Assembly: GCA_051362555.1 (NCBI GenBank)
Contig: CM120643.1
Location: 3,534,001 to 3,598,000 of the forward strand
Reading direction: 5' to 3'
DNA length: 64,000 nt
Source: Lingula anatina
Taxonomy: Eukaryota; Animalia; Brachiopoda
Positions 11,989 through 23,930 of the stretch are shown piece by piece. The notes beneath the pieces are model-generated. The model did no database searches. It was given only the letters and a program-made list of their open reading frames with translations, and was not told where the DNA came from. The stretch's first letter is position 1, and every line of letters begins with the position of its first letter. The position numbers and the translations under genes are program-made.

Positions 11989-14961
11989 GGTTTTTAGCAC
12001 CGCTGTAAGTGTTTCGACGTAGCAGGGCTCCCCTTCCCACAATGCAATTTCAATTTCCGGAAAAGATGAAAAAGGCTAATTCTTTTGTCATTAATGAGCA
12101 GATATGAAGTACAATGGTTGGACCAGCTCAAGATTCAATTCCTTATTATCTGTATAAAAAGTAACACTGTTTCGTAATAAAATAAATATTTTTGGATTGA
12201 TTAACATTAACCCGCCCGTAATGTAAACGTATTCGCCGTAGCCCGTAGCCACTTACGATGCAAAACAAAATTAAAAAAAAAAAACGCACGAAAAATCGTT
12301 TACGATTTCATCGCACAGTACGCTTTTCAAATGTAATCTAGGCATGAGAATTAAAAATGTGTAACCTAATAACAGAAATAAAATGAAAATACACTACTCC
12401 GGTGGATATGAGTTATAACTTTTTTGGTGTTTTTGATATGATGATTCTGCTGCTGCATCTAGCGTATTTCGATACAAAAACAGTTACGGATGCCTTCAGT
12501 GTAGTATAGATATACCGCCTCGTATCAAATCCTGTCGAAAGAAACAGCAAAAGTTTTGGAGTGATATATCAATCATATTTGTTTCTTTTTGTGTTAACTT
12601 ATTTTTGCGTAGTATTCTACTAGTTTTTTTTTCGAACATTCATAATTTTAATGATTTAAAAATCATGCTTACATTTTTACAGGGCTATCACAAAGTACAC
12701 ATAGACAGAAACACTTATAAAATAAAAGTCATCAAGGGGTGTTTCGTCAAGTCTTACGTGTAGCCGAAATATCGAAAAGACCTTCTTCCTCTACATGTAG
12801 ATTACCTGTATCTAGACAAGCACATATACACCTGTATTTAAATAAATAAACATATTCTGTACATCAGCGAGTTTCCTAGACAGAGAAATTTAAGTAGAGC
12901 AGACAGGTTTATAAAGTATATATATGTATGGAATATGATATTTGTTTGTTTAATCATAGACAACGTAACAACTTGACTTTGTTTAAAAAATTAAGTAGGT
13001 AAAAAATCCAAATGTTGTGAGAATAATGACTCAAGACTTCACTTGTTGCTTATATTAAACTTTATTTACAACAAACAGGCCTGTTTTCCGCACTTAAACA
13101 GTAAGAGAAGACTAAAAAACACATTTTGACACAATCCAAAAATTTAATTGTCTAATGTAAAATGTAATTTTGACACAAGTCAAGGCGGTTTTGAGGGTGA
13201 TTTACATGTGTATCACGAACATAATTAAAAAGCGCGTAGTCGGATGATTATCAATTTATACAAATGTAAGTTGTCTGAAAATTTCCCCGTGAACCACCAC
13301 GACGAGTGACCAAGAAGATTTGAAACTTTGAAATCTTTTTACTTCTGAATATTTTGATTTTTATGCCTTGTTTTCGCTTAAAAAAAAAGAGAAAGAAAAT
13401 ATCCCAATAAAAGCCACTCTTGTCGAACCAGATAAATAGAAATGCAGTCAAAATTTTAATGGAAGCCTTAGACACGCATATTTTTACATCATAATCATAA
13501 CCTAATATCTTAAGTGTGCGATTTTCACCCATAAGCTGGGACGTCTGCAGTGCATCTCTGAGGCGCGTTTACTATCTATTTTTCACTTGTGGAATGATTG
13601 TGTTAGTGCAGAAAATTTCTTTCACACCAGATGACAACTGAAAACTTTAATAAGATTTTTTAAGCATCATTAATTATCATTAAGATCATCATCATTACAA
13701 ATCTCTGATATGAACATTACTTCCGGCCAGTCTTATATTACTTCAAGGAACCTAATTTGCATATAAGAGAAAAAATGATTTTTTTTCTGATTTTGGCTTG
13801 TTTCCAATTTTTTCATTACTTTCAAAAAGTAATGTCCCCTTAAGCTCACAAATCGGAACACTTTTGAGTCATATGCACTGATCGTAAATTGTGTAATTAG
13901 AAATAAATTTTTTTATATCACTGACGTGTATCACGTTTTCACTCCACAGCCATAAAACTCGTTGATTGCTGCATGGGTATAAAAGTAGGTCAATTGCCTG
14001 TATAAAATTGCCATACGATTATTGAATTTTTAGTATGGACCGTTTTACGGGGGAGACAGAAGTGGAAAATGTATCAAGATGCCAGCAAAATATTTCGGTT
14101 GCATAGGGTTGGTGAAAGGCAGAGTATATTGAGAACTTTTAAAGAAAAGAGTTAAACTAGCCCACATCTCCAGCTTCAACACGTAGAACTTTATACATGC
14201 CACGGTCCCTCTCTATTTCATCTGACTCTCCCTAAAATTTTTCAGACCGCGTTAACTGTTCAGCTCCCGGGAACCGCGAAGCATCCAGCGTGGTGGCAGA
14301 CGCTGAGCTCTGCAGACGGCACATTGCATTCACACAAATGGGGGTAAAGGTTTTCTGGGGAAATGCTGTATTTTATTACATCTGACGAATTACATGAAAC
14401 TTGACTTTTTTAAATTTTATATTGACTAAGTGTAATACAAGACACTGATATTTCTTCTCAAAATTGACAGAATAAAGAAACGCAAAAGGACATAACCTAT
14501 CTCCCCTTACATGGCATATCCTATCCGTGAACTTGATTTACTTTAGTTTTCACACTCCTACACACGCTGAGTTTGTATGGTATCAGTAGATATTGTATTG
14601 TGTGTGTGTGTGTGGGGGGGGGGGGGGGGAAGAATTTTGATTATACTATAGTGTTATGGTCTTACTCATGTTATATTTTATACAATAGATCATTTTATTT
14701 TAAAGGATAGACCTGAACTGAGAGCGTTGGTAAAGTTTTTGGGACGAGAAAAGTAAAGAAATGTAGCTACTTCGAGCACATATTTCAAAGCATACTGTGT
14801 GTAAAAGAGATAAAAATATCGTACCGCAGCAGGGTGTTTTAAAAGATTTTAAATCCTTTAATCATTTTGAAAAATGACAGAAAAGGAATTGTGTTAAAAA
14901 AAGAAAAGTTGCCGCTATTTACAGTGTGATAATACATGTAACATGGCTATAGCAATAGTAC

Positions 14962-15480
14962 AACTAAGATAAGATAAAGTAAGAATTTATTCAGCCAATA
15001 AAAATATTTAGATATAAATATCGGCAATTGTTATCCTTTGAGAGATAAAACTAAGATAAAACACTGGACAATAAAAAAAAATATGAACTAGGCCTAAAAG
15101 TGGAATTAAAGAGAGACAAAGTCAGAAGTCTACTATTGCTGGATAAAAAATTAAAAAAGAGAACTTCCTGGGTGGGTGGGATCCCCACAATTCATTTTGT
15201 TGTTTTGTCCATTCTGTCTTTCAAGATATCATCCAGTTGGGAGAGATCTCTCTCAATTATTTTACCGGTGGCGCTAATAACGTTGGGGTGTTTTCCCCGT
15301 TCCTCTACCGTAGCTACCAGATGCATTAAACATAAAATACTCTCAATATTACACGTATTTAAAAGTTAATTAAAACGGGCTCATTATCTGTAAAAGTTGC
15401 AAGTGATCTAGAAAGCCGTTTTTGTCTAAAGCAAGTTTACTTTTCAAGTGAATTCCTAGGAGTTTTAACTATAGGCCTAT
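14962..15480 (-). mobile_element. Old 5'-truncated Rex1/Babar-like LINE 3' fragment (paralogue ~36676-37350)
   Basis: The minus strand, combining both copies, gives FKLLGLHI...RSLATF..EPVLINFYTCNIESILTF...ATGKIIERDLSQLDDI..R..K..IV/DPTHP..LF. It ends in aataaa plus a (tctta)n tail. It is present in both copies, so it predates the duplication. Confidence 0.75.
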
Positions 15481-16487
15481 ATCTATTGTATTAAAAAATG
15501 AAAATACTGGAATATAAAACCGAAAGTGTTGTCCCTAATTGAACCGTATGGTAGGGTGCATGTGTGCGAGTATGAGTGTTTTTGTATGTATTTGAATAAA
15601 GTTAAAAGTTTGTACCATGTATTGTTTATTTCTTTGGTTTAATAGAAAAATATTGAAAAAAGAATTTGATAAAAAAATTAATTAAAAGAGTCCCACTGGG
15701 TATTTTGTGACCAGTTAAAGCCACTTTTTATTTCCCTGAGATGCGTGAAATGTCCATATTATTTAGCATGATCCATGAAGCACCTCATTCCTGTGGCTCG
15801 TAAATGCGGCTTTTTGTTCTTTGCCCTTCGTGAAATAAAGTCTTGTAATTTTCAGGATTTTCAACTAGCATTGTCAGTGGGGTTATGCATAAAGTTTTGT
15901 TTACTGTGATTTGTAAATTAATGATTTTATTTCCCGTCAATTGTGATCACCCCACCCTAGTGGTACCCTCAATTAAGAAAAGAAAGAAAAACAAAACTCA
16001 TTTGATTACAAAAATTTAATATCTTATTGAAAAATTAAGAGAATGACATTTTGCAGGTTTTAACTGGCTTCTACAGAGGCAATGATAGTTCTGCATTGAC
16101 GACCCTGAAAAATAAAAGTTGAAAATATTAAAATATTATTCAGTTAAAATGTGTATTCAGTTACATGTAGTGTAAATAGATGTTGACAGTAACTCTACAA
16201 CAACCAGCTCCTGGCTGCTATGATATAATTACTGCTTTCATGTACAGTTTTACCAGCTGTTTGATATAGTTTTCCTCTTAAAAAACTGAAAGCTTACTTA
16301 GTTATGATACATCAAAACAAAGAGACAAACAAAAAGATCTTCTCTGTAAATGTATAATAAATCCATTCTAAACTAAAAATACTGTTGACTTTTCTTCATT
16401 TCTTAATGTCTGAAGTGTTTAGAATTATTTAATAATAATAATAATAATAATAATAATGATAATTATTATAATAATAATAATAACCAT

Positions 16488-17935
16488 TTATGTTCGTGCC
16501 CTCCGTCTGAAGCAAGACGTGAACAGATTCAATACCCTCCTCCACCTAGATGGGCGGCTATTCTTTGGAGCTAAAATGTATAATACAATATTACTTACTA
16601 AGAGGCAAAAGTATAAAATGTTCAATAAGTCAGTGCAACATCATATTTCATGTATGAAGCTTCAATGAAACACTTTTACCAGTATTTGGAATAAACAAAA
16701 TTGCCAAGTATCATTTTAATCTGGCCAAAAGCACAAACTGTGTTGGCACAACATAAGGAGTGTGTGTGTGTTTGTGTGTGTGTGTGTGCGTGCGTGTACA
16801 TGCACAAGCACATTCCATCAGTGTAATAAATATTGACCCTACTATTCTATTGACCCAACTGTCTTACCTCTCTCCTTCACGTCTGCTTTCACAGTTGTTG
16901 TGTCATTGATACTGACTGAAGAAAAACAGGAAAACAAATTAAACATTTCATACCTGTGCACAACAAGAATTCAATACATTATTTAACATAGTCGAAAACC
17001 CATTCAAAGATTTAGATCACTGAACAGTGAATTTGAACTCAGTGTTTGTGCATGAGAGTCTCCCCCCTAAAGTCCATCTGTGTGTGTTTACATTTTTAAG
17101 TGTATTAAATGAATTCCCATTAAATTGTCCTAAACTTATTGTCTTACCTTTTTCTTTGATGCCCTCAGCATCTGACACACTCTTTGTGTCTTTGATATTG
17201 GCTAAAGAAAAAATGATATCAAATAAAAACTTAACATTCCATATCTGTGCATGTTCAGATAGGATTCAGTATTACAATTTATGGAAGACACATTCAAATA
17301 TTTAAATGACTTAAAAATAAATGATCTTCTTAAGTATGCTAAAGATTTTGCTGGAGCAACATGCTTGTGGTGTGTATGTGCGTGTATGTGTGTTTGTTAG
17401 AGTATGTGTGTGTGCATGCATGTTTCATAAGTATATTAAAAGTCATAACTATTTTACTGAGATTCCTGTCTTACCTATCTGCTTAATACTTAGGGTCTTT
17501 ACAAGTGTTACTTTGTTCTTGTCTTTCAGTATGGTATCAAGTGAAAGGACAGAATTGAATTTTCAAACAACACTATGGGTGTATTCCCAGAGATTTAGAT
17601 CAATCCAGGGATTAAAATTTAGATCAACCTAACTCCCTGGGGGTTCATGATAAATTGCAGTCAGACGAGCGTGCACCAAAGTTAATTAACCCCTTACAGC
17701 TTTTAGTAGGCGGGGCAGTCAGACGCTTAAGCCAGCCAAGCTGACAGTAATCTAGTGAGACTCCCCACAGGGATAGATCGATCTAAAAATCTATGGAAAT
17801 GGGGTGTATGTGTTCAATCTTTACACAGCAAAAGCATTAATTTTTCAGAAGATAAAGTATCTCCTTAAGTCTGTCAAAGGCCAGACTTTGCTTGTGCAAC
17901 ATGCATGCAAGTACAGTACCTTTTGGTGTGTGTGA

Positions 17936-17971
<36 letters not shown>

Positions 17972-19995
17972 ATGCACAATCACATGTCATCAGTGTCATA
18001 AATTGATACCTGTTCTATTGACCTATTCTATTCTATCTTACCTCTCTCCTTCACGAGCTCTGTCACAGTAGTTGTTGTGTCTTTGACATCAACTGAAGGA
18101 AAAAATGGAACACAAATTCAACATTCCATGCCCATGCACAACAAGGATTCAATACCATAGTCAAAGATGTATTCAAAGATTTAGATCACTGAACAGGGAA
18201 TAAAAACACAATGTTTGTAAGGGGCGGGTCTTGAGAGATTTTCTGACAGTCTTGCAAATTATATTTGTTGATCCATCCTCCATTGTGGACTGTCTTCTGA
18301 CAAAAAATTAAATCCCCATCAATGTAAACTTCTAACCATCTTGCGGAAGACCCAGAAGACAGCCTCAATTTGCCCCTGTTTGTGTCTGAAAGCCTGTTTG
18401 TGTGTGTGTAAATTTTTTAAGTGTGTTAAATGAACACCTGTTAAATTGACCTTACTGTCTTACCTCTCTCCTCGCTGCCCTCAGCATCTGACACACTCTT
18501 TGTGTCTTTGATATCAGCTAAAGAAAAAAATGATATTTTAATAATATTTTATAATTTAAAAATACAAACTTAACATTCCATATCTGTGCATGTTCAAAAA
18601 GGATTCAGTAGGCCCATTACACTTTGATGAAGACACATTCAAAGATTTAACTAACTTAAAAATAAATAAATTATCTTCATAAGTATGCTAAAAAATAGAC
18701 TTTGCATAAGCAACATGCTTGTGGTGTGTAAGTGCATGTGTATGTGTGTTTGTTAGTGTATGTGTGTGTGCAAGTATATTAAAATTCATAATGTTATTAT
18801 TGGACAAAGAAAAAGAGGAAGGCCAGTCAAACGATTGAATAAAGCAATGGTGTGGACTTACCACTTGTGTGGACTTCAGGCTTGTACATGTAGTCCCACT
18901 CTGGAATAAGATGGCACATTTATTTATTATTTACAAGTTATGATATACACTAAAATAAAGTCTTTAATGTATTTGACAATATTAAAGGACCATTTCATCA
19001 TTTTTCTACAGTTTTTTTTATAGGATAGTGAGATCAAGTAATCTTTTATTTCCAAATGTTGTACATGACAGATTTAAAAGGTTACGAGAATTACGAGTTC
19101 AAGCACCTTTTATTTCATGTCCAGTTCTCCCCAAGTACAGGTCACTTCCATGCTGTCCTTAGTGGTCACCTGGAGGCACCTGTTCCTAAAGGGTTCAGGC
19201 TCCCATGTCCAGCCAGACCCAGTGTGGTAAGGCTGAATAAATTTAAAGAATGAATGAATGAATGAAAAAACAAACAAATAAATAACTTAAAGATATGTTA
19301 ATGTCTAAACTGAAAAATAAAATGTTTACTAATATATGCAATCACTGATAAATCAAATACACTAGAAGAAAGGAATGAAAGTTTTAATAAGTACTTAAAT
19401 GTATCAGACTTTAAATTTTCTTTTTCAATTTTAAAGAAAATCATTTTTACCTGAGATCATTATTTTTGTAAAAAAAAAAAAAAGTCTCATACTTACATTT
19501 TGTGGCTTAATGAATTTCCATTCTATATTTGAGCCCTTGGGCAGGAGAAACTCTGCCCTGAGGGATGGGACCCCCATATCAGTGAACCTTGACAGGTTCA
19601 CACCTTTCTGGGGGTCCCATCCCCCGAGGGCAGTTCCCCTGCCCACCACTTTGGCCTTTAAATAGTTGTTTGTTAAGAAAACTCTTACAGTGGCCTTTGC
19701 TGTTCAAAGTAAAATAGAAAGAAATACTATCAATATATAGTTTTTGATATTAACATTACAGACATTCAAACTGATCACTTAATTAATGTAAATAAAGAAT
19801 AGGATATCTTACTTTCTTATTATGAACAAAATAAATTTTTTTTATCTATATAACAACAAAAAATTGCAAGAGTAGTTTTAGGCCTGTTGTACTATAAAAT
19901 ACATACAGTCTGATTATACAAACAGTGAAACACGCACACAACTTACGAGCACACTGTTCTTCTTTATTTATTTCATTTTCCATATCAGCTATCAT
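16488..19995 (-). CDS. CBM20 (starch/glycogen-binding domain) gene with micro-exon repeats, copy A; a frameshift ends the frame right after CBM20 (124 aa), so it is a truncated gene or a pseudogene
   Basis: Exons: 19995-19947 (MIADMENEINKEEQCA); 19699-19497 (PKATVRVFLTNNYLKAKVVGRGTALGGWDPQKGVNLSRFTDMGVPSLRAEFLLPKGSNIEWKFIKPQN); 19232-19107 (PYHTGSGWTWEPEPFRNRCLQVTTKDSMEVTCTWGELDMK*, TAA at 19110-19112). Phase-1 micro-exons follow at 18517-18464, 18092-18042, 17540-17475 (acceptor mutated), 17201-17148 and 16915-16868. Last exon 16570-16488 (APKNSRPSRWRRVLNLFTSCFRRRART*). GT-AG sites and phases are consistent. Confidence 0.8.
17577..17806. mobile_element. ~230-bp MITE in an intron of the CBM20 gene; same family as 34719-34933 in opposite orientation
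   Basis: Imperfect TIR tattcccagagattt / aaatctatggaaatg. The interior is a diverged reverse complement of 34719-34933. Confidence 0.75.
19107..19699 (-). CDS. CBM20 domain-coding exons (copy A)
   Basis: Motifs VVG...LGGWDPQKG, LP.G..IEWKF, WEP...NR and V...W match the CBM20 consensus (LGxWD, YK(F/Y), WE...NR). Confidence 0.85.
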
Positions 19996-20856
19996 CTGCA
20001 ATATAAATTAAAGTAAATTAAAGTAATTTAAATAATTTTTTATGTTGCTTTTTCCAGCAGGAGAATATTTGCTCATAAAGAAGTGAGAAGATAATCCCAG
20101 CCGCCCAAAGGTCTGAACGCGTTATTCCGTCTTAAACAAAGCAAGTCGACAAAGCAGGTAACTACTGGTACATTCTCAGCTCCCAATGGGTGCCTTTTTT
20201 ATGACAGCGGCTTGTACACATGTATCCTGTTTATTAAAGTTATCTGACAAGAAACAAGTGGTTTTTAAGAGAACTAACCCCGACCAGGAAAGAAAATGTA
20301 TATTTGCTAGGCACTGTCGACCTCCCTTGACTTCAATTTTCCTGATTGCAATTTCGATTACATACCGTCCTTGATATTATAATCTGAAATAAAATGCTCG
20401 CATAAAGTATTTGATTTTAAAAAGTTGATCTAAAGTGTTAGCATTCGGATTACAAAATTATTTAAGTGTGGATGCATTGGAATAAAGAAATTGGTAGAAT
20501 CATCCTCAAGAGGTTTTTAATAAGCACATGTAGCAATTAAATCCTGAATTTATATCACATACCTACAAAATACGCAAAATAATGTATAACTTAGAAAGTA
20601 AAAAACCGATCAAGATTATTATTAATATTATGTATTTCACTTTGTCAATTCCTTAGATATTATTATGAATTTAGTTTAATTTATTTCATTTTACATTTAA
20701 TTTCAGTGCCTCGTAACAACCGTCTACGATGAAATTGGACGCACTCCCAGCAAAGACATCAGATTCGTGAACGCCAGCGCCCGCACCCATGTCAACGTTG
20801 TCTTGCGTGTCGAAGTTTGTCGTATAGTTTTAACTTGCAGTTTAAGTTAAAACTTG

Positions 20857-21009
20857 CAGGGTTGACATTTGATTTGGTTGGAAATGTAATATTTGTTTTG
20901 GTTTGCAATATTCTGCATTAAAACATGTATCGAATGAAGTACAGCGTGCAACAAATGTTTTATTCATGAACCTTCTGATAAAAGGGACCAAATCCAAGCG
21001 TCAACCCTG
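20857..21009. mobile_element. ~150-bp inverted-repeat element (hAT-like CAGGGTTG ends)
   Basis: cagggttgacatttgatttggt ... accaaatccaagcgtcaaccctg. No target-site duplication is recognisable. Confidence 0.5.
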
Positions 21010-21610
21010 CACGTCGCTGGTTTATTATTATACATATGTAAATAAGTTGTAGTACAGCACTCTATCCGCACACGATGTTTTTATTGTGATTTAATTTTTT
21101 GTTCATACCCACCAGTTCTCGAACCGGAAACGACACTTTTTAAGTTATCTTAAAACAAAAATGTGCCTTGCTTAAGTGTTCTATGAAAATAAAATTAATA
21201 GTTGTAAAATTATCATAAAGTGATGTGCAGGTAGAGCACTGAGACAGTACGACCGGTTTAATGTTTGATTGTCAAATTTTGTGTGTGGGCAAATATGTAA
21301 TAAGATACGAAAATGCATGTTTATCCATATTAAATCGGTTACAAACATTGATTTTAATGAAGTTAGCTTTAGAAATAAATAGGTAGCAACTTCATTACGT
21401 AAAATGCCTACAGGAATTTTATTGTGGGTTCAATGGAAGAAATGAACGAGATGTAAATTTACAATAAACTGTAAACGCTGAAATCCAATTATGACACTTA
21501 AGAATTAACGGCAAAATGAAATTGTAAAAAGTGCTCAAGTTATTGCAGAATTGCCCACACGTATTAAAACGGTTCTTTCTAAAATTGTGAATATGCGGTT
21601 ATGGCGCATG

Positions 21611-22037
21611 GTAAGAATAAACTTCCTTTGGTTCCCGGTGTTTTGATATACTAGTAGTATGTCTGATCAGTGATAGACCCATAGTTTTATTGCGGGGAGG
21701 GGGTAGAAATGTTCGTTTTCAGAATATCAAACCACGGGTTGGGTTAGTTTTTTCTGCAATTAATAAGTTTTTGTTATTAAAGAAGGGAAATTAACATTAT
21801 ACCTTCCTTACAAAGCGTAAATACTCACAAAAGAAACTGTGATTAGTAGAAAGTGTTTCCTTTTGGGTCAATTGAAATGTACATGTAGAACTGGCATTTA
21901 TCGCATCTTTTACAAGTTGAAATTTTGAAAAATCCGAAACTTAAGTTATCGCAAAGCTCTGATTTGGGGGTAATGGGTATTTCCTAGTAATTAAAGAAAC
22001 TTGGTCAGTTAATCGCCTAAAAAAACTTTTTCTTTTG

Positions 22038-22082
<45 letters not shown>

Positions 22083-22701
22083 TCTAATCAAACATGAAAA
22101 AACAAAAAAAATATAAGAAAAAAGACACTTTGGTAAAAGTAGAAGATAATGTTATATAGAGATATTCACGGAAATATTAATGTTCGGAGCCGAGATTTAA
22201 TTACTGTACCCCGCAGGGACGACGTGTGGGGAGGTAAGAATAAACTTCCTTGGGTTCCCGGTATTTTGATATACTAGTAGTATGTCTGATCAGTGATAGA
22301 CCCATAGTTTTATTGCTGGGAGGGGGTAGAAATGTTCGTTTTCAGAAAATCAAGTCAGGGGTTGGGTTAGTTTTTTTGGCAATTAATAAGTTTTTGTTAT
22401 TAAAGAAGGGAAATTAACTTTATACCTTCATTACAAAGCGGAAATACTCACAAAGAGAAACTGTGATTAGCAGAAAGTGTTTCCTTATGCGTCAATTAAA
22501 ATGTACATGTAGAACTGGCATCTATCGAATCTTTTACAAGTTGAAATTTTGACAAATCTGAAACTAAAGTTGTCGCAAAGTTCTGATTTGGGGGAAATAG
22601 GTATTTCCTAGTAATTAAAGAAGCTTGGTCAGTTAATCGCCTAATTTTTTTTCTAATCAAACATGAAAAAACAAAAAAAAAAATTTAAAAAATGACACTT
22701 T
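21611..22701. repeat. Local tandem duplication, period ~623 bp
   Basis: gtaagaataaacttcctt... starts at 21611 and 22234. The units stay similar through to gacacttt. The first unit has an expanded poly-T at 22040-22081. Confidence 0.92.
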
Positions 22702-23930
22702 GATTGATTAGAGTAAAAGATTTCCACAAAATTGGAAGGTCAGTGTTTGACTTAATGTTGATCTTGTACTTGGTACTTTCTTAATTCTATATTTCGATCG
22801 GGATCAAGGAGTGATTGAGAACAAAAGGCCTGATTAGGTGCCAGTCCTGCACGTGCTGTTGGGTTATTTTTGCTGAGTGTTTCTGAATCACTGAACACAA
22901 GTGACCGTAGAGTTATTTTAAGTAAACTTGTTTTTGCACAACCTTTTTAATTTTGTTTACATAATATTGTTCTTAAAATGACTATTGACTGGGATAAGGT
23001 TGTAAACTGACCATGTCTTCATGCTGTTCTTGATTCGCACGGCGCATAAATTTGTTCCTATTTTAAGATTTAAAGAGAAGAAAAACATATTTATTTATCT
23101 ATGAGAAAGCATTCATTAAATTTACAGAACTGAATAATGTTTGACTGCTGTTTGGTGTTTTGTGTAATCATCAGCATGGGGACATACAGTTAGCTGTGGG
23201 GTCATGAGTGTGTTCCCGCGTGCGGGGAGAACGCTTACATGAGATCGTAATCATTCTGAATTTTCTATACTGTTACCACCCTTGAATTTGGATAAAAATG
23301 TCCCTCGGTGAAATATTGGATCAGTCACAAGACAAATACTCCAATTTCAACTTTGAACGATTGCTGTAAAATACATCGTCAAATCTTCAACTTTCTCTTT
23401 TAACTCTGGACAAAAACCTGAGAATTTCATGTTCTGGTCAGTATTATGTCGTCTTGTATGCAGTGTTCTTGAACACTTTAGAACCAAAATGATTGATCTT
23501 GAGCGACAATATTCAAAATGCATAGAATCTCCCACACATTTAGTTGTAGATAGTTGTATTTAAGATTAATTTATATCTCAAATTGCGCAGTCGTTATGAA
23601 AATTACTTTTTATGTAAAGCCAAAACGTAATGTTCGGATTTTGAATACATCTGTATGGTGTAGTTGTTTGTATTTGTTATAATGAATGTACATAAAAGTT
23701 GTAGTAGATGATGTGCAAAATGTCACATGTTTATTCTTGACTTTCTTTTCTTCAGCTCGACTTGAACCTTAGGTTTTCAACTCCTAGCTCACCCTTTTCT
23801 ACTTCTTAGTCTGTCGCCTTACCTACTGAGCCACCGTCTCAGTTCGCGTTTTTCCTCATTCGTATGATCCTCTTATAGTAGTTTGAATTGTTTATTTGGG
23901 TTTATTTTTGCAAAAGGTAATTTGCTGGGA

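Larger units (their letters stand above)
9925..12080. mobile_element. Decayed ISL2EU-like (PIF/Harbinger superfamily) transposon, ~2.15 kb, copy A only
   Basis: 28-bp TIR attaacctttttcatcttttgcggaaat / atttccggaaaagatgaaaaaggctaat with 2 mismatches. Two convergent gene starts lie just inside the ends: a THAP remnant on - and a SAP-like 'QLKRWL..R...GKK' remnant on +. Confidence 0.75.
1..20005. repeat. Segmental tandem duplication, copy A (continues beyond the window start)
   Basis: Base 1 (cgaaccccaacccca) matches 24102. Colinear similarity continues, apart from indels, to 'tcatctgcaatat' at ~20003/42157. Paired ORFs in the track agree (216/24316, 8539/31249, 8765/31439, 17027/38901). Confidence 0.97.

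Noticed and set aside
12395-12535. Minus-strand exon-like segments (also ~9330-9520 and ~13920-14355)
   Set aside because: Acceptor-like sites are present, but there is no consistent frame, donor or recognisable product.
17027-17632. Plus-strand ORFs over the micro-exon region (also 15100-15369, 19056-19253, 38901-39472, 41264-41479)
   Set aside because: They are antisense shadows of minus-strand exons or LINE sequence, or run through (TG)n tracts.
18982-19010. TTAA-AGG Kolobok-like terminus (a reverse one is at ~3604)
   Set aside because: I could not find a matching partner end.
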